Positions 5,657-10,411 of a stretch of DNA of 10,411 bases are shown here, in pieces. A program made the translations under genes and the position numbers. How positions within the stretch are numbered: position 1 is the first letter of the stretch; every line of letters begins with the position of its first letter. This DNA is from a virus (taxonomy: Duplodnaviria; Heunggongvirae; Uroviricota; Caudoviricetes): positions 1 through 10,411 of the IMG/VR virus record IMGVR_UViG_2703718789_000003. One strand, given 5' to 3'. The notes below the pieces were generated by a model that was not told where the DNA came from, searched no databases, and saw only the letters and a list, made by a program, of their open reading frames with translations.

Positions 5657-5824
5657 ATGAGAGGACTTGCATACAATCCCGGCATTCTTCCGGCAGAAAT
5701 GATTATTCGCCAACGCGTAAAGCCAATGCCCTCGAGAGAGGAATTGCTTAAGAGAAAGAGTTTCGGTTCTGTTAATGACAACAAATATCTGAATGCGATG
5801 TTGCGCAAAGGAGGCAACCAGTGA
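5657..5824 (+). CDS. Hypothetical small protein, 55 aa
   Basis: Inside ORF-track entry 5624..5824; I prefer ATG 5657 with GAGG 8 nt upstream; its stop overlaps the next gene's GTG start. Confidence 0.35.
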   Translation: MRGLAYNPGILPAEMIIRQRVKPMPSREELLKRKSFGSVNDNKYLNAMLRKGGNQ

Positions 5825-6414
5825 GCAAAATTGACTATCAGGTACTGCGTGAAAAGGCAGAAAAAGCAACGTGTGGTGAGTGGTCTCTCGAATATGGAGA
5901 GAGCCGATTTGATGGTGATGATGCACTAATTCATCGCGAGGCTGCTGGATATATTCCCATTTGCAGAATTGAAGGAGCGCATCCTGAAAGCGGTTTCGAT
6001 GAAGATTTCCAAATGGAACAGCAGGCCAATGCTGAATTCATCGCCGCAGCCAATCCGGCTACCGTCTTGGCGCTGCTGGATGAGCTGGAAAGAAACCAGC
6101 AATACATCAAACGCCGCGACCAGGAGAACGAGGATATTGCGCTAACGGTAGGGAAACTGCGTGTTGAGCTTGAGGAAGCAAAATCAAAACTCAACGAGCA
6201 ACGCGAGTATTACGAGGGAGTAATCGCGGATGGAAGTAAGCGCATAGCAGAACTGTCTGCTAGCCACAGCAAATTGCGCGACACAATGGCTGGCATCCAC
6301 AACACAATCCGAATGGATGGCGGCTATACGCCACTGGCAGCAATCCTTAACGCTGCTAAACGCGCATATGAAGAATCAGCAAGCGCCGCTGGCATCAAGG
6401 AGGAGTCTGAGTGA
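5821..6414 (+). CDS. Ead/Ea22-like protein (coiled-coil-rich phage early protein)
   Basis: GTG start with AGGAGG SD; N-terminal [21 protein letters not shown] resembles the start of proteins I recall as Ead/Ea22-like in enterobacterial prophages; central coiled-coil-like region. Confidence 0.5.
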   Translation: MSKIDYQVLREKAEKATCGEWSLEYGESRFDGDDALIHREAAGYIPICRIEGAHPESGFDEDFQMEQQANAEFIAAANPATVLALLDELERNQQYIKRRDQENEDIALTVGKLRVELEEAKSKLNEQREYYEGVIADGSKRIAELSASHSKLRDTMAGIHNTIRMDGGYTPLAAILNAAKRAYEESASAAGIKEESE

Positions 6415-6905
6415 TGGTCATTTCACCTATAACGCTGAAAGCGGCGCAGGAATTTATCGCACAGCACCACCGACACAATAAACCACCAGTGGGGCATAAA
6501 TTCAGCATTGGTCTGAGAAATAATGCCGGAGAATTGATAGGTGTGGCGACAGCTGGTCGACCTGTTGCACGACATTTGGACGATGGATTAACGCTTGAAG
6601 TAAATCGCACATGTACCACAGGAGAACGCAACGCTAACAGCGCGCTTTATGGTGCTGTCTGGCGGGCAGCAAAAGCTATGGGTTATCAACGTTGTATTAC
6701 GTACACCCAGGCAGATGAATCAGGAGCATCTCTTCGCGCAGCTGGTTTTGTTCGTGTGAAAGAGCTTCCTCCAAGAAAAAGCTGGGCGGAATCAAGCGTC
6801 GCCCTGCGGAGTAAACGCGATCCGGTCGGAAACGGTGGTATTCCTCGTGTGCTCTGGGAAATCAGGAGAATGAGTACCGCTGGCATTCGCATCAAAGGAG
6901 AGTGA
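6411..6905 (+). CDS. Hypothetical protein, 164 aa, with HHRHNKPPVGH and GVATAGRPVAR motifs
   Basis: Start overlaps the upstream stop (GTGATG); GAGGAG SD; no confident family assignment. Confidence 0.55.
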   Translation: MMVISPITLKAAQEFIAQHHRHNKPPVGHKFSIGLRNNAGELIGVATAGRPVARHLDDGLTLEVNRTCTTGERNANSALYGAVWRAAKAMGYQRCITYTQADESGASLRAAGFVRVKELPPRKSWAESSVALRSKRDPVGNGGIPRVLWEIRRMSTAGIRIKGE

Positions 6906-6906
6906 G

Positions 6907-7098
6907 ATGAACGGACAAATCTCAATTGTTCGACCGGGAGCATGTGACGATCGCGAGATACGAATGATTATTCGTCTGGCGATGGGGAAAACAATAACTG
7001 CTCTCATTACTCCAGAAAATCTCGCATTAGCATTAACCGGAAAGTCAGACCTGCCAGTAGAGCTAAAGCTGCGAAATGTTGAGATTAAGGTGAAATAG
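6907..7098 (+). CDS. Hypothetical small protein, 63 aa
   Basis: AAGGAG SD, start overlapping upstream stop. Confidence 0.4.
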   Translation: MNGQISIVRPGACDDREIRMIIRLAMGKTITALITPENLALALTGKSDLPVELKLRNVEIKVK

Positions 7099-7100
7099 CT

Positions 7101-7718
7101 ATGACCACTATTACCGACAAAGAGCTAATTAAAGAAATTAAAGAACATATCAGCAGTCTGGGGGTGCGGGACAATATTGAGCGCCGTGCTTATGAAATTG
7201 CGTTGACTGCATTGACCGCTGAACCATTCGCCACTATCGACACCGCGGGAATTGAGCTCGTTAAATATGGTTGTAACACGTTTATTTGTCCCGACAATTC
7301 GATGGATCCGGGAAATGTACCGCTATATATCGGCCTGCCACGAATTGAGCCAGCAAGCCAGACTGCCAAGCTGTCATTCCAGGAATGGTTGTCAGAACAA
7401 AAAGAAAAAATAGACGTTGATTGCGGATGTGTGAGCACTGAAACGCTTATGCACTGGATGCGTGTGGCGTATGAGGCTGGCAACTCTCCGGTAACTCCGG
7501 ATGGTTGGATAAGCTGTAGTGAGCGAATGCCGAAAAAGAATCAGAACGTACTTATTTCGGTGAATTTCGATAGTGATCTGGTTGAGCCGCTAATATGCTC
7601 CGCACGCTATACCGGAAGCACCTTTCGGCGAGGAGATGTAACGATTAAGCCGGGCAATGGTGTTGAGCAGGTAACCCACTGGATGCCGCTACCAGAACCG
7701 CCGCAGGAGGTTAATTGA
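7101..7718 (+). CDS. DUF551-domain phage protein
   Basis: C-terminal GWISCSERMPKKNQNVLISVNF...VTHWMPLPEPP matches the DUF551 signature (W-I-S...R-L/M-P ... HWMPLPEPP) as I recall it; AGGTGA SD. Confidence 0.6.
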   Translation: MTTITDKELIKEIKEHISSLGVRDNIERRAYEIALTALTAEPFATIDTAGIELVKYGCNTFICPDNSMDPGNVPLYIGLPRIEPASQTAKLSFQEWLSEQKEKIDVDCGCVSTETLMHWMRVAYEAGNSPVTPDGWISCSERMPKKNQNVLISVNFDSDLVEPLICSARYTGSTFRRGDVTIKPGNGVEQVTHWMPLPEPPQEVN

Positions 7719-8002
7719 TGGACTCCTTCGCGAAATATACGATTATTGACTGGATAGCATTCCTTCAGGTTTTGCTCATCTGGTTTTATTTGGCTTATAG
7801 GAGTGGACAGTGGATTGTCAGTGTAGCCTGTAGCAAGGGATGGCGTTGGTGGAACCGAAAGAATAAAAAAGCACTGGCCTTGGATTCATTTTACGAAGCA
7901 TTCAATCTTAACAGCCTTCAGCCTGGTTCTGTCGTTGTAGTCACCACTCAAAGCGGCATGACGATACAAATTCACAAGCCAAAGGAGGAAGGTCGTGGCT
8001 AA
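7715..8002 (+). CDS. Small hypothetical protein with an N-terminal hydrophobic (possible transmembrane) helix
   Basis: AGGAGG SD, TGATG stop-start overlap with upstream gene; hydrophobic stretch IIDWIAFLQVLLIWFYLAY. Confidence 0.45.
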   Translation: MMDSFAKYTIIDWIAFLQVLLIWFYLAYRSGQWIVSVACSKGWRWWNRKNKKALALDSFYEAFNLNSLQPGSVVVVTTQSGMTIQIHKPKEEGRG

Positions 8003-8279
8003 CCTGCAACTTGCAGTCAAAGGTGAATACTTCGATGCCATGATTCGCGGGGAGAAAACAGAAGAATATCGCCTGTGCAATGACTGCTGGAATAAGCGAA
8101 TTATGTTCCGGGAATATGACCGCCTGATTATCACAAAGGGATATCCTAAGCGCGAGGATTCCAGTCGCAGAATTGACGTTCCGTATGACGGATATGAAAT
8201 CAAGACAATCACACATCCGCACTTCGGTGATAAACCGGTAAAGGTGTTCGCGATAAAGGTGAATATCGGCAATGAATAA
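7995..8279 (+). CDS. Hypothetical protein, 94 aa, possibly ASCH/PUA-like (DUF3850-like)
   Basis: GTG start preceded by AAGGAGGAAGG; GEYFDAMIRGEKTEEYR resembles the ASCH-like YF..V..G.KT.E.R motif; low-certainty family call. Confidence 0.4.
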   Translation: MANLQLAVKGEYFDAMIRGEKTEEYRLCNDCWNKRIMFREYDRLIITKGYPKREDSSRRIDVPYDGYEIKTITHPHFGDKPVKVFAIKVNIGNE

Positions 8280-8283
8280 CAAT

Positions 8284-8309
8284 CCTCGCACTCGCGGGGA
8301 TTTCTTTTA
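8284..8309 (+). terminator. Terminator-like GC hairpin (CCTCGC/GCGGGG with one G-U pair) plus U-rich tract
   Basis: Stem 8284-8289 with 8294-8299, followed by ATTTCTTTT. Confidence 0.35.
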
Positions 8310-8313
8310 TCTG

Positions 8314-8338
8314 AACTCGCTACGGCGAGTTTTGTTTT
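8314..8338 (+). terminator. Rho-independent terminator (AACTCGC/GCGAGTT, loop TACG, TTTGTTTT)
   Basis: 7-bp stem 8314-8320 with 8325-8331 and T-rich tail; marks the end of the coupled early operon. Confidence 0.55.
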
Positions 8339-8350
8339 ATGGAGATGATT

Positions 8351-8650
8351 ATGGCCTGTTCAACATTCAACCCTCTAACGTTACAGAAATACCAGCCAGA
8401 CCCTGAAGATTTATGCTCACTGTGTGGCGGAAATCATGGCAAAGCCGCCATGATCGAATGTAAAGACAAAATCCACATTTGCCTTAATTGCGTTGATGTC
8501 CTCGTTGATATCAAAAATGAGAGAGAAGATAAAAAGCGTAGCGAGGCTGTTCGCGCCTTAGATTCATGGATGCGAGATGGGTATAGTGCCGCGCAAATTT
8601 ATGACTTAGCAATATCAAAAGGCGAAATACCAGGAGTGCGCATCGAATAA
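8351..8650 (+). CDS. Small Zn-ribbon-like protein (CxxC...CxxC), 99 aa
   Basis: Inside ORF-track entry 8339..8650; ATG 8351 preferred (GGAG 7 nt upstream); Cys pairs CSLCGG and CLNC; bracketed by terminators on both sides. Confidence 0.5.
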   Translation: MACSTFNPLTLQKYQPDPEDLCSLCGGNHGKAAMIECKDKIHICLNCVDVLVDIKNEREDKKRSEAVRALDSWMRDGYSAAQIYDLAISKGEIPGVRIE

Positions 8651-8690
8651 GACGTAACCAATATTCGAATTGAAGAACTGAAAGAACACC

Positions 8691-8716
8691 AAGCCGCCTG
8701 ATGGCGGTTTTTTCTT
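8691..8716 (+). terminator. Rho-independent terminator (GCCGCC/GGCGGT, loop TGAT, T-run)
   Basis: Stem 8693-8698 with 8703-8708, followed by TTTTTT. Confidence 0.5.
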
Positions 8717-8735
8717 ACACATGCAGAGGCAACTT

Positions 8736-9020
8736 ATGCGCGAGTTAGTAAACCAACATAACCATGGCATTCAGCCAGTCATCACACCTGTTGTACAGAT
8801 AAATGCGAATGAATGGGTAACACTGGAGCTTTTAATGGCTGTAACAGGCCTGAGAAAAGGAACAATATTACGCGCCAGGGACAGTGCGTGGATGAACGGC
8901 AGAGAATATAAACAAATCGCCCCCGACGGAACGCCAAAGAAAAACAGCGAATGTCTCTATCATCTTCCTACCATCAACACTTGGATCAAAAACCAACCCT
9001 TACCATCTCAGGATGTTTAA
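8736..9020 (+). CDS. xis: Excisionase-like (Xis) small DNA-binding protein
   Basis: Immediately upstream of int; EWVTLELLMAVTGLRKGTILRARDSAWMNGREY fits the winged-helix excisionase pattern; start at 8721 or 8736 (GAGG SD before 8736). Confidence 0.5.
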   Translation: MRELVNQHNHGIQPVITPVVQINANEWVTLELLMAVTGLRKGTILRARDSAWMNGREYKQIAPDGTPKKNSECLYHLPTINTWIKNQPLPSQDV

Positions 9021-9072
9021 TTCTTGTCCATAAGAGTATAACCTGAGCGTGCTCTTGGACGCAGGAGGAACA

Positions 9073-10383
9073 ATGGCGAATTCAGCCTATCCAGCCGGCG
9101 TTGAAAATCACGGAGGAAAACTCCGAATAACGTTTAAGTACAGGGGTAAACGAGTGCGCGAAAATCTTCGCGTGCCCGATACACCGAAAAACAGAAAGAT
9201 CGCTGGTGAGTTAAGGGCTTCGGTCTGCTTTGCAATCAGAACAGGAACGTTTGATTATGCCGATCGATTCCCTGACTCACCTAACCTGAAGCTATTTGGC
9301 CTGGTAAAAAAAGATATCACCGTCGGTGAACTGGCACAGAAATGGCTTACTCTGAAAGCAATGGAAATCGGTAGTAACGCCTTAAATCGTTATCAATCAG
9401 TGATGAAAAATATGCTACCGAGGCTTGGTCCTGGCAGGCTGGCGTCATCGATTACAAAAGAAGATCTGCTGTTTATCAGGAAAGATTTACTGACCGGGGA
9501 AAAGGGAAGCAGGAAAACCAGCACGTCCCGAAAAGGAAGAACCGTACCCACAGTGAACTATTACATGACAACAACAGCCGGAATGTTCAGCTTTGCCGCC
9601 GAAAACGGGTATCTGGAGAAAAACCCGTTTAATTCAATAACACCGCTGAGGAAATCAAAACCAGTGCCGGATCCACTGACCAGAGATGAGTTTAGCCGTC
9701 TCATTGATGCCTGCCATCATCAACAGACCAAAAACCTCTGGACAGTGGCTGTTTTTACAGGGATGCGACACGGTGAAATTGCCGCACTTGCATGGGAGGA
9801 TATCGACCTGAAAGCTGGCACGATAACAGTGCGACGAAATTTTACAAAAATAGGTGATTTTACGCTACCAAAGACCGACGCAGGCACTAACCGGGTTATA
9901 CATCTTCTGGCACCAGCAATTGAAGCACTTAAAAACCAGGCGATGCTTACTCGTCTTAGCAGGCAGCATCAGATCACTGTTCAATTACGCGAGTACGGAA
10001 GAACAATTTTGCACGAGTGCACTTTTGTTTTCTGTCCGCAAATCGTTCGCAAGAATCACAAGGCGGGTATTAACTACGCGGTAAGCTCCATCGGAGCGAC
10101 ATGGGATTCAGCAATAAAAAGAGCGGGTATCCGATCCCGTAAAGCGTATCAGTCACGCCATACCTATGCGTGCTGGGCTTTATCTTCCGGAGCAAACCCG
10201 ACATTTATTGCATCACAGATGGGGCACTCCAGCGCCAGCATGGTCTACAATGTTTATGGTGCATGGATGCCTGAGTGCAGCGTGACTCAAGTTGCCATGT
10301 TGAATAATGTCCTTAATGCCCGTGCCCCAGACGTGCCCCAAAGTGACCAGGAGGATGAAATAAAATTATATTTTTCAAAATGA
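9073..10383 (+). CDS. int: Tyrosine site-specific integrase (phage integrase family)
   Basis: AGGAGG SD 4 nt before ATG 9073 (ORF track begins at upstream in-frame ATG 9049); N-terminal arm-binding-like GGKLRITFKYRGKRVRENL; C-terminal catalytic-domain motifs including HxxRHT-like SRHTYACWAL and terminal Tyr region MVYNVYGAWMP. Confidence 0.9.
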   Translation: MANSAYPAGVENHGGKLRITFKYRGKRVRENLRVPDTPKNRKIAGELRASVCFAIRTGTFDYADRFPDSPNLKLFGLVKKDITVGELAQKWLTLKAMEIGSNALNRYQSVMKNMLPRLGPGRLASSITKEDLLFIRKDLLTGEKGSRKTSTSRKGRTVPTVNYYMTTTAGMFSFAAENGYLEKNPFNSITPLRKSKPVPDPLTRDEFSRLIDACHHQQTKNLWTVAVFTGMRHGEIAALAWEDIDLKAGTITVRRNFTKIGDFTLPKTDAGTNRVIHLLAPAIEALKNQAMLTRLSRQHQITVQLREYGRTILHECTFVFCPQIVRKNHKAGINYAVSSIGATWDSAIKRAGIRSRKAYQSRHTYACWALSSGANPTFIASQMGHSSASMVYNVYGAWMPECSVTQVAMLNNVLNARAPDVPQSDQEDEIKLYFSK

Positions 10384-10411
10384 TAAACCATATCCTTAGA
10401 CATGTTGAAAC

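Larger units (their letters stand above)
1..10411. mobile_element. Segment of a lambdoid prophage (immunity region through early-left operon to xis-int); both ends extend beyond the window
   Basis: Gene order cII<-cro<-OR->cI ... cIII-kil-recombination module-ea genes-xis-int on one strand matches the lambda/Rac early-left layout; the integrase stops 28 bp before the window end. Confidence 0.8.

Noticed and set aside
4203-8291. Minus-strand ORFs embedded in the plus-strand operon (4203..4415, 4613..4855, 4923..5108, 5099..5281, 5259..5576, 5311..5502, 5426..5620, 5617..5817, 5633..5926, 5931..6194, 6395..6631, 6686..6943, 6792..7007, 7190..7483, 7886..8272, 7941..8291)
   Set aside because: All are antisense to better-supported, translationally coupled plus-strand genes and show no start signals or recognisable motifs.
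9049-9072. Upstream in-frame ATG at 9049 as the integrase start, and ATG 8721 as the xis start
   Set aside because: The AGGAGG SD at 9063-9068 fits ATG 9073, and GAGG at 8726-8729 fits ATG 8736; the earlier ATGs are kept only as alternatives.
9854-10084. 76-aa plus-strand ORF inside the integrase gene
   Set aside because: It is an alternative frame within the integrase catalytic domain.
1-10411. CRISPR arrays, tRNA or rRNA genes, IS elements
   Set aside because: No spaced direct repeats, tRNA-like cloverleaf signatures or transposase-like ORFs were seen; the only repeats are the operator palindromes and terminator hairpins.

Overview
This window reads as the early/immunity region of a lambdoid (lambda/Rac/P22-like) temperate prophage from an enterobacterial host, in inverted orientation relative to the standard lambda map. 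All calls are made by eye from the sequence and ORF track; no searches were run. Left to right: a partial cII-like gene and a Cro/YdaS-like gene on the minus strand, an OR-like region with three 16-bp palindromic operators (AATAGC-N4-GCTATT), a cI-like repressor (HTH plus S24/LexA-type peptidase) and its terminator. Then comes a pL-like promoter with an operator copy, a ~200-nt leader, and two AT-rich unknown genes sitting where lambda carries N/ral/sieB. Downstream are cIII (near-identical to lambda CIII as I recall it), a Kil-like ORF, a Sak4-like P-loop ATPase, an HNH-like Cys-rich protein, a possible SSB-like protein, an Ead/Ea22-like protein, a DUF551 protein and several small unknowns in a tightly coupled plus-strand operon. 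The window ends with tandem terminators, a Zn-ribbon gene, an excisionase-like gene and a tyrosine integrase. No rRNA, tRNA or CRISPR array was seen. The most interesting points are the absence of any N-like arginine-rich antiterminator despite lambda-like architecture and the uncharacterised two-gene AT-rich island immediately downstream of pL.
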